Part shown: piece by piece, positions 27,691 to 37,104 of the stretch
How positions within the stretch are numbered: the first letter of the stretch is position 1
Layout of the letters: the number at the start of each line of letters is the position of its first letter
NCBI GenBank assembly: GCA_045544375.1
Contig: JAZPYY010000028.1
Span: 2,183-66,182 of the forward strand
Direction: 5' to 3'
DNA: 64,000 nucleotides
DNA from: Shuttleworthella sp.
Lineage (GTDB): Bacteria > Bacillota > Clostridia > Lachnospirales > Lachnospiraceae
Made by a program: the position numbers and the translations under genes
Notes under the pieces: model-generated
Told to the model about the DNA's origin: nothing
The model's input: only the letters and a program-made list of their open reading frames with translations
Databases searched by the model: none

Positions 27691-28893
27691 TTACTCTCCC
27701 AGCAGAGCTTCGGAGGACGCAGATTCAATCAGTGCCCGCAGGGTCTCGATGCTAGCGTCGGGATTCACTGTCTTGCAGATACTCATGATCTCCTGTGCAT
27801 CAAAAACCTTCTCTCCGCTTAAGATATCAACATATTTCTGGGCCTCTTCCGCCGTGGTCATGGTCCAGGTCTTAATGGTTTCGTTAATGGCGGCTCCGTC
27901 CTCCCGGAGGGCATCACCGTTTCCGTCAATGGCGTTGCAGAGGGCGCCGACAGCCAGACCGTATCTCTGGTAGTCATCTGAGCTTAAGAAGGAAAGCGCA
28001 CCGGAGGAAAAGGCGTCAATGCATTCCTGGTTTACGGACCCGATGGTTGCCAGTTTGACCGTATCCTTTAAGCCCGCAGTGTCAATGGGCTGGGCCCAGA
28101 AATTCACACCGTTGAAAGAAGCGCATACCGCCTGCAGACCGTCTTCGCTGAGGGCTGAGTTCTGGGCTGCATAGAACTGGTCTCCCGGGAAACCGGAAAC
28201 GGTGATAACCTCCACATCCTGGCCTTCCAGGCCGTCCTTAAAGCCGGCCTGACGGTTTACAAACATTTCTACGCCGAAATCCGCGCCGCCGCTGGCATAA
28301 ACCACTTTGGTAAAGCCCTCGTCAATGACCCACTGGGCAAGAGCCTTGCCCCGGTTGTAGTCATCATTTCCGGTATGGACACTGCCAACGTATAGTTCTT
28401 CGTTCTTTACCGCTTCGTATACTTCCGGATTCTCCGCCATGCCCCAGTAGTACATGCCGTATTCCATCACTTTATTGACCTGCTCGATGCCGCTGACGTT
28501 ATAACGGGCAATAAAACCTTTGCAGCCGGCAATGGCGCAGTCATCGATGAAGTTGAATTCGTCGTCCGCATTGCTGATGGCTTCGGAATACTTAAACTTT
28601 ACATTCATGTTTTCCTCGAGATATCCAAAGTATTCCTGCATGGCAATGGTTTCGGATTCCGTCGGATTGTAAAGCTCCACGCCGATCAGCACCGGATCTC
28701 CCGCCGGATAAACTTCCGCAACCTCTGTTTCCGCTGCATCAGCCGTCTCGGTTTCGGTTTCCGTCTGAACCGTTCCCTCACCGGCGTTTTCCGCAGACTT
28801 TGAAGTGTTGCCGCTCTCATCCGTGCCGCCGCAGGCCGCGAGAGAAAAAGCGAGGGTTGCTGCACATAACAGTGCCAGAAGTTTCTTTTTCAT
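27691..28893 (-). CDS. ABC transporter substrate-binding lipoprotein (periplasmic-binding-protein type 1)
   Basis: Lipobox LAACGG follows the signal peptide MKKKLLALLCAATLAFS. A T/E-rich linker precedes a PBP-like body. Confidence 0.8.
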   Translation of the reverse strand: MKKKLLALLCAATLAFSLAACGGTDESGNTSKSAENAGEGTVQTETETETADAAETEVAEVYPAGDPVLIGVELYNPTESETIAMQEYFGYLEENMNVKFKYSEAISNADDEFNFIDDCAIAGCKGFIARYNVSGIEQVNKVMEYGMYYWGMAENPEVYEAVKNEELYVGSVHTGNDDYNRGKALAQWVIDEGFTKVVYASGGADFGVEMFVNRQAGFKDGLEGQDVEVITVSGFPGDQFYAAQNSALSEDGLQAVCASFNGVNFWAQPIDTAGLKDTVKLATIGSVNQECIDAFSSGALSFLSSDDYQRYGLAVGALCNAIDGNGDALREDGAAINETIKTWTMTTAEEAQKYVDILSGEKVFDAQEIMSICKTVNPDASIETLRALIESASSEALLGE

Positions 28894-29007
28894 GTTTTTT
28901 TCCTTTCTTTTCTTCTTTATACTCTCAGGGAGTGATTGGATGATCTTATTATTTCACGGGTCCGGACATGGGGACAGACTGCTGATTGACCTGAAATTGG
29001 TAAAATA

Positions 29008-29036
29008 TTGACATCACGAAGGGATCTGTATATGAT
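29008..29036 (+). promoter_or_regulatory. Promoter TTGACA-17-TATGAT for the AraC gene
   Basis: The -35 box is at 29008-29013 and the -10 box at 29031-29036. Confidence 0.6.
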
Positions 29037-29058
29037 ATGCTGCAAAGGAGGATTTTCC

Positions 29059-30171
29059 ATGGAATATGTGGAACTGCATGTCATTCAGGAGGAACTGGCA
29101 TCCTATTACCGGAAAACAGGACGCTATCAGACACTGCCTGCTGCCGCCGGAAAGGTTCTGGGAAAAACGGCGGATTTTTACAACTCGCAGAATTCGCCTT
29201 TTCCACTCCAGGACCGCGTCCCGGACGATGAAACCTTTTATGCTCTTTTTGACCATGCCAGTTTCTCTGTCGGAGATTTCAAACAGACACCGAACAATGA
29301 AAGCTGGCGTGATCTGCAGACCCGCAATCTTCCCTTCAGCAAGTATATCCGGATACACAAGCACCTGTACTTTAACGCATCCAACAGCGAACCGCATACC
29401 CATTCTCATTTTGAGATCACCGTTGTCATGAAAGGCGGCGGCCAGATATCCGTCGCGGGGCACACCCACCCCCTTGCCGCGGGGGACGTGTGTATCATTG
29501 CGCCCGGCATCCCTCATTCCATGGATTCATCCGGCCCGGAGAGTTTTCTTCTGAACATGGTGATCTCTCCGGATGCCTTTGAGTCCATCCTCATACAGAT
29601 CAGTCAAGACGGAGATCTGGTTTCCCGTTATCTTCAGCACATGCTCTTCTCCAAGGAAGCTGACCGGTTCCTTCTGATTCACACATCCAATGATTCCGTA
29701 TATCACGAATACCTCCGCGCCGCCGCCTGTGAAGCCCACAACCAGCAGTGCTACTCCTACAGTATAGCCATGAGCTGGATCACCCTGTTTTTAGATACCT
29801 CCTTCCGGGAATTCCGGCACGAGCTTCACCGTTATCCCAAGGAACATCTGATGATCAGCGAGGAGCACATTCTTCTTGTACAATATATTCAGAATAATTA
29901 CACGCATGTAACTCTGGCATCCCTGGCGGAGCTGTTCAATTACAACAAGGCATATCTCTCCCGACTGATCGTAAGGATCATGGGGCGGCCTCTTTCTATG
30001 ATCGTGAATGAACTTCGTCTGCAGAAGGCAGCAGACTATCTGGTGGAGACGAATCTGGATATGCAACGGATCGCTGAACAATGCGGATTTGACAATCAGA
30101 ATTATTTTGGAAAAGCCTTTAAGAAGCAGTACGGCGTCACGCCCAGCGCATACCGGAAGCAGCACCGGTAA
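29059..30171 (+). CDS. AraC-family regulator with N-terminal cupin sensor domain
   Basis: HSHFEITVVMKGGG...GDVCIIAPGIPH (cupin) with a C-terminal HTH_18-type domain (LASLAELFNYNKAYLSRLI...IAEQCGFDNQNYFGKAFKKQYGVTPSAYR). ATG 29059 follows AAGGAGG. Confidence 0.85.
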   Translation: MEYVELHVIQEELASYYRKTGRYQTLPAAAGKVLGKTADFYNSQNSPFPLQDRVPDDETFYALFDHASFSVGDFKQTPNNESWRDLQTRNLPFSKYIRIHKHLYFNASNSEPHTHSHFEITVVMKGGGQISVAGHTHPLAAGDVCIIAPGIPHSMDSSGPESFLLNMVISPDAFESILIQISQDGDLVSRYLQHMLFSKEADRFLLIHTSNDSVYHEYLRAAACEAHNQQCYSYSIAMSWITLFLDTSFREFRHELHRYPKEHLMISEEHILLVQYIQNNYTHVTLASLAELFNYNKAYLSRLIVRIMGRPLSMIVNELRLQKAADYLVETNLDMQRIAEQCGFDNQNYFGKAFKKQYGVTPSAYRKQHR

Positions 30172-30184
30172 ACCATCGGATGGT

Positions 30185-30247
30185 AAAAAAGCTCCCCTCC
30201 GTTTCCCTGCGGTCTGATACCCGCGGAAGCGGAAGGGAGCTATTTTA
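30185..30247. terminator. Bidirectional terminator-like hairpin between convergent AraC and cysK
   Basis: AAAAAAGCTCCCCTCCG...CGGAAGGGAGCTATTTT. Confidence 0.5.
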
Positions 30248-30253
30248 CTTTTG

Positions 30254-31183
30254 TTACTCCGAAAACAGAGATGTGGAGAAATACCGTTCTCCCGTGTCCG
30301 GCAGCACCGTGACCACCGTCTTTCCGGGGCCCAGTTTCTTAGCCAGCTTCAGGGCAGCTGCCACGTTTGTGCCGCTGGAAATGCCGCACAGCAGCCCTTC
30401 TTCCCGGGCCAGGCGTTTGGATGTTTCAATGGCCTCGCTGTCCGAGACCACATAGATCTCGTCGTAAATCTCCTGGTTTAAGATATCCGGGATGATGCCG
30501 TCGCCGATGCCCATCTGCAGATGGGTGCCGATGGTTCCGCCGGCTAAAATCGCCGCGTGTTCCGGCTCCACCGCCCAGATTTCCATGTCCGGATTCACAC
30601 CTTTTAAGATCTCGCCGATACCGGTCAGCGTACCGCCGGTTCCGATGCCGCTGCAGAAGCCGTGGATCGGGCCTTCCACCTGGGAAAGGATTTCCAGCGC
30701 CGTGTGCTTTTTGTGGGCCTGGGTGTTATTGGGATTGGCAAACTGCTGCGGCACAAACACCCGGGGATCCTTCTCCTGCATGCGAAGAGCCGTCTGCAGG
30801 CATTCGTCGATGCACTTGCCGATGTCGCCGGCGTCGTGAATCAGCATGACATCAGCTCCATAGTGGCGCACCAGTTTGCGGCGCTCTTCGCTGACCGAAT
30901 CCGGCATGATAATGATGGTTTTGTATCCCTTCACCGCCCCCACCAAGGCCAGGCCGATGCCCTGGTTTCCGCTGGTGGGTTCCACAATGACGGTGTCCGG
31001 GCCGATGAGGCCTTCTTTTTCCGCCGCTTCGATCATGTTCAGCGCGGTGCGGGTTTTGATGGATCCGCCCACGTTTAAGGCTTCCATTTTCACAAGGATC
31101 TGGGCGCTGCCCTCTTCGGGCATGCGCTGCAGACGGATCAGGGGTGTCTGTCCGATTGCTTCAAGAATATTGTTGTATACCAT
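30254..31183 (-). CDS. cysK: Cysteine synthase A / O-acetylserine sulfhydrylase (PLP-dependent)
   Basis: NVGGSIKTRTALNMI (PLP lysine region), EPTSGNQGIGLA and GIGTGGTLTG are present. Confidence 0.9.
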   Translation of the reverse strand: MVYNNILEAIGQTPLIRLQRMPEEGSAQILVKMEALNVGGSIKTRTALNMIEAAEKEGLIGPDTVIVEPTSGNQGIGLALVGAVKGYKTIIIMPDSVSEERRKLVRHYGADVMLIHDAGDIGKCIDECLQTALRMQEKDPRVFVPQQFANPNNTQAHKKHTALEILSQVEGPIHGFCSGIGTGGTLTGIGEILKGVNPDMEIWAVEPEHAAILAGGTIGTHLQMGIGDGIIPDILNQEIYDEIYVVSDSEAIETSKRLAREEGLLCGISSGTNVAAALKLAKKLGPGKTVVTVLPDTGERYFSTSLFSE

Positions 31184-31203
31184 GATGATCTGTCCTGAAA
31201 GAT

Positions 31204-31272
31204 GCAGCCAGAGTCAAAAGTCATCATGGCCGGCTCGAGTAAAGCCGCCACGACTAAAATGACTCTGGCTGC
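31204..31272 (-). terminator. Long hairpin between glyA and cysK (13-bp perfect arms, 43-nt structured loop)
   Basis: GCAGCCAGAGTCA (31204-31216) pairs with TGACTCTGGCTGC (31260-31272). It lies about 30 nt after the glyA stop. There is no strong U-tract. Confidence 0.45.
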
Positions 31273-31303
31273 GAAACATACGTATTACAAATAATGACGT
31301 GAA

Positions 31304-32551
31304 TTAGAACGCGCCGCCCAGCGGATACTTGGCGGTCAGCGCATCGACGATGGCGCGGGCCTTGGGCACGCCGGCCTCACCCTCTTTGATCACGGTGGCA
31401 ATGGCTTCGGCCACCTGGTCGAAGTCCGCCGCATTTAAGCCGCGGCTGGTGGCAGCCGGGGTACCTAAACGGATACCGCTGGTCACGAAGGGACTCTTGG
31501 GATCGTTGGGGATGGTGTTCTTGTTGGCGGTGATGTGGGCCGCGTCAAGAAGCTTCTCTACGTTCTTTCCGGTCAGATCGTAGGGCGTCAGATCCACCAG
31601 CATCAGGTGATTGTCGGTACCGCCGGAAACGATCTTCACGCCCCGGGCCTGCAGTCCGGCGCAAAGGGCCTTGGCGTTATCCGCGACAGCCTGCATGTAG
31701 GTCTTGTACTCGGGAGTCATGGCCTCGGCAAAGCACACAGCCTTCGCCGCGATCACGTGCATCAGCGGGCCGCCCTGGATACCCGGGAAAATGGCCTTGT
31801 TGAAGTTGAAGCGCTCGTTGGCTTCGGCGGTGGACATGATCATGCCGCCGCGAGGTCCCCGAAGGGTTTTGTGGGTGGTGGTGGTGACAATGTCGGCGTA
31901 GGGCACCGGGCTCTGATGCAGGCCGGTGGCCACAAGGCCGGCGATGTGGGCGATGTCTGCCATCAGCACGGCGTCCACACTGTGGGCGATTTCAGCAAAA
32001 CGCTTGAAATCAATGGCACGGGCGTAGGCAGAAGCGCCGCAGATGATCATCTTCGGACGGCATTCTTTGGCGATGCGCTCCACTTCGTCGTAATCGATGA
32101 AGCCGTCGTCATTGACACCGTAGGGGACGATATTGAAATACTTACCGGAATAGTTCACCGGTGAACCATGGCTTAAGTGTCCGCCGTGGTCTAAGTTCAT
32201 GCCCATCACCGTGTCGCCGGGGGTAAGCACGGCGAATTCCACGGCCATGTTGGCCTGGGCACCGGAGTGGGGCTGTACGTTTACATACTCAGCGCCGAAC
32301 AGCTTCTTCGCGCGCTCGATGGCCAGGTTCTCGGCCTGATCCACCACCTCGCAGCCGCCGTAGTAGCGCTTGCCCGGGTAACCTTCCGCATACTTGTTGG
32401 TCAGAATACTGCCCATGGTAGACATGACAGCGGGGCTGACCCAGTTCTCAGAGGCAATCAGCTCAATGTGGCTGCTCTGACGGGCATACTCATCGCAGAG
32501 GACGGAAGCGATTTCGGGGTCGACCAAACGGATATCGTCCAGTGTGTACAT
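31304..32551 (-). CDS. glyA: Serine hydroxymethyltransferase
   Basis: [16 protein letters not shown] and the [17 protein letters not shown]-lysine motif are present. Confidence 0.97.
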   Translation of the reverse strand: MYTLDDIRLVDPEIASVLCDEYARQSSHIELIASENWVSPAVMSTMGSILTNKYAEGYPGKRYYGGCEVVDQAENLAIERAKKLFGAEYVNVQPHSGAQANMAVEFAVLTPGDTVMGMNLDHGGHLSHGSPVNYSGKYFNIVPYGVNDDGFIDYDEVERIAKECRPKMIICGASAYARAIDFKRFAEIAHSVDAVLMADIAHIAGLVATGLHQSPVPYADIVTTTTHKTLRGPRGGMIMSTAEANERFNFNKAIFPGIQGGPLMHVIAAKAVCFAEAMTPEYKTYMQAVADNAKALCAGLQARGVKIVSGGTDNHLMLVDLTPYDLTGKNVEKLLDAAHITANKNTIPNDPKSPFVTSGIRLGTPAATSRGLNAADFDQVAEAIATVIKEGEAGVPKARAIVDALTAKYPLGGAF

Positions 32552-32601
32552 ATGTTGTTTCCTTTCGTAATTCTACTTTCCTTCTTATAGCTTATAGCAA
32601 T

Positions 32602-32742
32602 GAGTCAGAAGGGACCGTCCCCTTTGACTCATCAGGCGCCAGCGGCGCGAGATTTACGTATCGCGCAGATCAGATGGCAGAAGTGCCTGTCCCTTTTGTC
32701 ATCCCTCGACAGTGAGTCAAAAGTGCCTGTCACTTTTGTCTC
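32602..32742. repeat. Cluster of four hairpins (three are module A-type) filling the secDF-glyA intergenic region
   Basis: 32602-32630 GAGTCAGAAGGGACCGTCCCCTTTGACTC. 32650-32666 GCGCGA..TCGCGC. 32673-32703 GATGGCAGAAGTGCCTGTCCCTTTTGTCATC. 32714-32742 GAGTCAAAAGTGCCTGTCACTTTTGTCTC. Confidence 0.75.
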
Positions 32743-35005
32743 ATGCTTCCTTCCGGAACTTCGTGCGCAGCAGATGCCAGAGGCTGGGTGCGATGAAGAC
32801 GGAGGAATAGGTGCCGCACAGCACGCCCACAAGAAGCGGCAGTGCGAACTGGCGGATGGAGCTGACGCCGAAGACCAGAAGCATCAGAACCATAACAGCC
32901 GTGGTGATGGAGGTGCTTAAGGTTCGGCCCATGCTCTGGTTGACACTGGTGTTGACCAGCTCGGCCAGGTCTTGATCCGTCTTCGAAGTCATGGCCTTGG
33001 CGTTTTCACGGATACGGTCAAAGATAACGATGGTATCGTTGACGGAGTAACCGATAACGGTAAGCATGCAGGCGATGAAGGCGCTGCCCACGGAGATACG
33101 GGCTAAGGCGTACAGGGTCAGCACCACCAGCACATCGTGAATTAAGGCCGCAATGGCGGAAGACGCGAAGCGGATGTCCTTAAAGCGGAACCAGATGTAC
33201 AGCAGCATGAAGATGGCTGCCACCACAACGGCGATCAGAGAAGAACGACGCATCTCGCTGCCGATGGTGGAGGAAATGTTCTGCTGGGAAATGGCTTCGT
33301 TTTCGATCTGGAAGTTTTCTTCCAGCAGGCCTTCCAGCTCTAAGCGCTCGTCCACGGACAAGGTGCGGGTCTTGAAGATGACCTGGGTGCTGTTCTGCAC
33401 GGTCTGGATCTGGATGTCCTTGTCGCCGGTCACCTGTTCAAAGTAGGGCTGGACGTCGCTTTCCAGCTCGGACAGGGTGAAGTCTTTGCCGAAGTCTACG
33501 GTGGTAGCTGTACCGCCGGAAAATTCCAGGCTGTAGTTTAAGGGCTTGCCGGTGCCGATGCCAAAGCCGATCAGGCCGATAAGGCCGGCGGCGATGATCA
33601 CCAGGGAAAGGCCCACGAAGGTGCGCTTTTTGCCGATGATGTCGATCTTCTTAAACACCCGGCCCTTGCCGAAGTGGCTCTCCTTGCGGAAGCCTAAGGC
33701 CATCAGGGCATTGATCAGAAGGCGGGTGACAATCAGTGCCGTAAACATGGACAGGATGACACCGATGGCCAGGGTTACGGCAAAGCCCTTGACGGTACCG
33801 GTACCGATAACACCTAAAACGGCAGCGGCGATCAGGGTGGTGATGTTACCGTCTAAGATGGCGGACATGGCCTTGGAGAAACCGGTGTCCACAGCATTGC
33901 GGATGCTCTTTCCGGCAGCCATCTCTTCACGGATACGGGCAAAGATGATGGCGTTGGCATCTACAGCCATACCGATGGAAAGAATGATACCGGCGATACC
34001 GGGCAGGGTTAAGGTGATGTCAAAAGCGGAAAGGATGCCAAGGATGATGGCCGTGTACATCACTAAGGCCAGAGAAGCTGCCACACCCGGAACACGATAC
34101 ACAAAGATCATAAACAGGATGATCAGAAGCAGTCCGATGCCTGCCGCTAAAAGGGCGGTGGCTAAAGCGTCGCTGCCCAGCTGAGCGCCCACCACTTCCG
34201 ACTGCAGTTCGGCCAGTTCGATATCCAGACCGCCGATACGGATGTAGGAAGCAAGGCTAGAAGCCTCGGCGTAGTCGGTCATGCCTTCGATGATGGCCTG
34301 GCCGTCGGTAATGGCTGCATTGACCCGGGGTACGCTGATGAACTCACCGTCGTAGTAGATACCGATGGATTCGCCGGCGTCAAAGGCCTTCTGGGTCGCC
34401 TCGGCGAACTTCGTGGTGCCTTCCCGGTTCATGATCAGGGAAACCACAGGTTCCTGAGCGCCTGTGGTGCGGTTGGTGTTGTAGCCGGCCGCAGCGCTTT
34501 CCACGTCCATACCGGTGAGAACCACGGATCCGTTCTCGATCAGGGTTTCAATGGGGTAGTTGAGCATGAAGCCATAGCCGGTGTTGGTGTAGTTGGCATT
34601 TCCGTCGGCATCCGTCTGAGCAATGAAGTAGATGGTGCCGGGGGTACCCAATTCTTCCAGCAGAGCGTTGGCATCGGATACGCCGGGGATTTCCACGGTG
34701 ATGCGGTCGTCGCCCACCTGGTAAACACTGGCTTCTGTCGTGGCGGTTTCTTCGCCCAGATCATTTTCGATACGCTGCTGAAGCTTATAGATCGTATCTT
34801 CCATCTGCTCGTGGGTGGGCGTGTCGCCGACGGCTTCATAGGTGATGGAAACACCGCCGGCCAGGTCTAAGCCCAGCTTCAGGCCGTCATCCGTACCACC
34901 GATGGTGCCTGTGATCACCGTCGCCGAGTACCAGCCCAGCAGAACCAAAAGCGCTGCGAATACCGCCAGGCATGCGATGGCGCCTCCCTTTTTCATGTTC
35001 TTCAT
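32741..35005 (-). CDS. secDF: Fused protein-export membrane protein SecDF
   Basis: 754 aa with two 6-TM RND-like halves and a large first periplasmic loop, the typical fused SecD-SecF layout. Confidence 0.93.
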   Translation of the reverse strand: MKNMKKGGAIACLAVFAALLVLLGWYSATVITGTIGGTDDGLKLGLDLAGGVSITYEAVGDTPTHEQMEDTIYKLQQRIENDLGEETATTEASVYQVGDDRITVEIPGVSDANALLEELGTPGTIYFIAQTDADGNANYTNTGYGFMLNYPIETLIENGSVVLTGMDVESAAAGYNTNRTTGAQEPVVSLIMNREGTTKFAEATQKAFDAGESIGIYYDGEFISVPRVNAAITDGQAIIEGMTDYAEASSLASYIRIGGLDIELAELQSEVVGAQLGSDALATALLAAGIGLLLIILFMIFVYRVPGVAASLALVMYTAIILGILSAFDITLTLPGIAGIILSIGMAVDANAIIFARIREEMAAGKSIRNAVDTGFSKAMSAILDGNITTLIAAAVLGVIGTGTVKGFAVTLAIGVILSMFTALIVTRLLINALMALGFRKESHFGKGRVFKKIDIIGKKRTFVGLSLVIIAAGLIGLIGFGIGTGKPLNYSLEFSGGTATTVDFGKDFTLSELESDVQPYFEQVTGDKDIQIQTVQNSTQVIFKTRTLSVDERLELEGLLEENFQIENEAISQQNISSTIGSEMRRSSLIAVVVAAIFMLLYIWFRFKDIRFASSAIAALIHDVLVVLTLYALARISVGSAFIACMLTVIGYSVNDTIVIFDRIRENAKAMTSKTDQDLAELVNTSVNQSMGRTLSTSITTAVMVLMLLVFGVSSIRQFALPLLVGVLCGTYSSVFIAPSLWHLLRTKFRKEA

Positions 35006-35119
35006 TGCTGTCTACCTCATTTCCTGTAACAATCAAAAAACCAAAAACAACTGCAGATCAAAAGCGAAATCTGTTATCTACGCCGGATGATCTGCATAAG
35101 ATCCAAAAGCACGTCTTCT

Positions 35120-36664
35120 TTACGCGCCGATCTCTTCTCTTTCAGCCTTTACCGCCTGCAGCATGATGGCGCATTCCACCCGCTTTTTCTGCAGTGCGCA
35201 GCCGATGGCATAATTGCCTAAAATCGATCCGCTTTCGTTGTACGCGTTGGCCGCGCAGCCGCCGTTGCAGTAGAACCGGGCAAAGCATTTGCGGCACTCC
35301 GGCTTGGCATACACGTTGCAGGAAGCAAATTCCATGCGCAGATCGTCTCTCGTCACGCCTTCATTTACATTTCCCATGACGAATTCCGGCTTGCCCACAA
35401 ACTGGTGGCAGGGATAAATGTCGCCGTTGGGGGTGATGGAAAGATATTCCGTTCCAGAACCGCAGCCTGACAGACGCTTGGCCACACAGGGGCCGCCCTC
35501 TAAGTCAATCATGAAATGGAAGAAGGTGAAATCCTCCTCCGTACCCATGCGCCGGGCCATTTCCGCCGCCAGCTTATCGTACTCTTCGAAAAGCACCGGC
35601 AGATCTTCTTCCTTTAAAGCGTATGGCTCTTCGGGAGGTGCTACCACGGGCTCCACCGAGATCTGGTCAAAGCCCAGGTCACGCATATGAAGTACATCCG
35701 CGCAGAAATCGGGATTCTCGTGGGTATAGGTGCCCCGGACATAATATTTTTTGCCCTGCCGGCTTTTAGCCATGGCCAGTTCCTTGGGAACGATGATGTC
35801 GTAGCTTCCCACGGTACCGTGGCTGCCGTGCACCGGACGCATGCGGTCGTTGACTTCCTTCCGGCCGTCTAAACTTAAGACCACATTGTCCATTTCCCGG
35901 TTGGCGAATTCCATGACCTCGTCATTTAACAGCATGCCGTTGGTGGTCAGGGTAAAGCGGAAGTTCTTGTCGTGGATTTTTTCCTGTTCGCGGCCATAGG
36001 CCACCAGCTCCTTGACCACCTTCCAGTTCATCAGCGGTTCGCCGCCGAAGAAGTCCACTTCCAGATTCCTGCGGGCGCCGGAATTGGCAATCAGAAAATC
36101 CAGGGCCTTTTTTCCGGTCTCTGCGGACATCAGTTCCCGCTTGCCGTGGTATTCACCCTCATCCGCAAAACAGTAGCGGCAGGCCAGGTTGCAGTCATGG
36201 GCCACATTTAAGCAAAGGGCCTTCACCACCTTGCTGTGAGGCATGCGGGCGATCACGTCGTCGTAGCCGGTATCGGGGGTAAACAGCGCCCCGTCATTGA
36301 TGAGGGAACGGATTTCCTCATAATACTCATCCCGCTCTCCTTCCGGGATGGAGGGTACCGTTTCGGCAAGAGCGCTCCGGAAAGCATCCTTCGAAACCGC
36401 TGTTTCCGTACCCGGGTCCGCCTTCTTCCCGTCGTCCGCCTTCGCAGCTGCTTCCAAGACACCTACCCCGGCAAGATCCGCTTTCGAAGCGTCCGCCTCC
36501 GCATTAACCGCTTCCGAAACAGCTGCCGCCGAGACACCCGCCGCATCCAGCAATCCTTCGTAGACGCCGATGGCATCGTACATTTCCGGATCCGTCACAT
36601 GAATCGCGCCGCTGTTCACATCTAAAATGATGTGATAGCCATTGTTAACAAAACGATGTATCAA
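35120..36664 (-). CDS. scfB: Radical SAM/SPASM thioether-forming SCIFF peptide maturase
   Basis: CNLACRYCFA (CxxxCxxC) and a C-terminal Cys-rich SPASM region (CGSG...CHQF...CRKCFARFYCNGGCAANA). It sits directly downstream of the SCIFF gene. The likely start is TTG at 36662-36664 ((M)IHRFVNNGYHIILDVNSG), preceded by GGAG. The maximal ORF runs to 36727. Confidence 0.88.
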   Translation of the reverse strand: MIHRFVNNGYHIILDVNSGAIHVTDPEMYDAIGVYEGLLDAAGVSAAAVSEAVNAEADASKADLAGVGVLEAAAKADDGKKADPGTETAVSKDAFRSALAETVPSIPEGERDEYYEEIRSLINDGALFTPDTGYDDVIARMPHSKVVKALCLNVAHDCNLACRYCFADEGEYHGKRELMSAETGKKALDFLIANSGARRNLEVDFFGGEPLMNWKVVKELVAYGREQEKIHDKNFRFTLTTNGMLLNDEVMEFANREMDNVVLSLDGRKEVNDRMRPVHGSHGTVGSYDIIVPKELAMAKSRQGKKYYVRGTYTHENPDFCADVLHMRDLGFDQISVEPVVAPPEEPYALKEEDLPVLFEEYDKLAAEMARRMGTEEDFTFFHFMIDLEGGPCVAKRLSGCGSGTEYLSITPNGDIYPCHQFVGKPEFVMGNVNEGVTRDDLRMEFASCNVYAKPECRKCFARFYCNGGCAANAYNESGSILGNYAIGCALQKKRVECAIMLQAVKAEREEIGA

Positions 36665-36795
36665 AATAATCTCCTGTGACAACACGAAAAGTAAGGACAG
36701 AGTTTGCACTCTCTCCTTACTCCCCATTTACAGCATATATCTGCCCCTGATTTTGCACGTTATTCCAGCAAGTGATCACAGACACGCAGCGCCTG

Positions 36796-36939
36796 TTATT
36801 TCACAGACTCGCAGCTCTGGTTTCCCACGGTGCAGGAAGTCTTGCAGGCAGACTGGCAGGAGGTCTGGCACTCGCCGCATCCGCCCTTTTTCACGGTCTG
36901 CTGAAGTCTGCGGGTATTTAAGGTTTTCACATGCTTCAT
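36796..36939 (-). CDS. scfA: SCIFF (six cysteines in forty-five residues) ranthipeptide precursor
   Basis: MKHVKTLNTRRLQQTVKKGGCGECQTSCQSACKTSCTVGNQSCESVK. ATG at 36937-36939 follows AAGGAGAATAAG. Confidence 0.9.
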   Translation of the reverse strand: MKHVKTLNTRRLQQTVKKGGCGECQTSCQSACKTSCTVGNQSCESVK

Positions 36940-37104
36940 CTTATTCTCCTTTGTGCTGTGCGGCCGCGAATTGCCTCCGCATCTGATGATTGCTTTATAT
37001 CCACGCAATTATAGCAGAAAGGAACCGCTTTCCGCAAGAAGAAAAGATGCCATTCGCCGGCACGCGTGTATATACATGAAACATAACCTTCCGCTAAAAC
37101 GTTT

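Noticed and set aside
35120-36727. The radical SAM/SPASM enzyme as the anaerobic sulfatase-maturating enzyme for the sulfatase at 22206-23996
   Set aside because: It is immediately downstream of a canonical SCIFF precursor and has the SCIFF-maturase N-terminus (IHRF..GY.I.LDVNSG). It is 11 kb and many operons away from the sulfatase.
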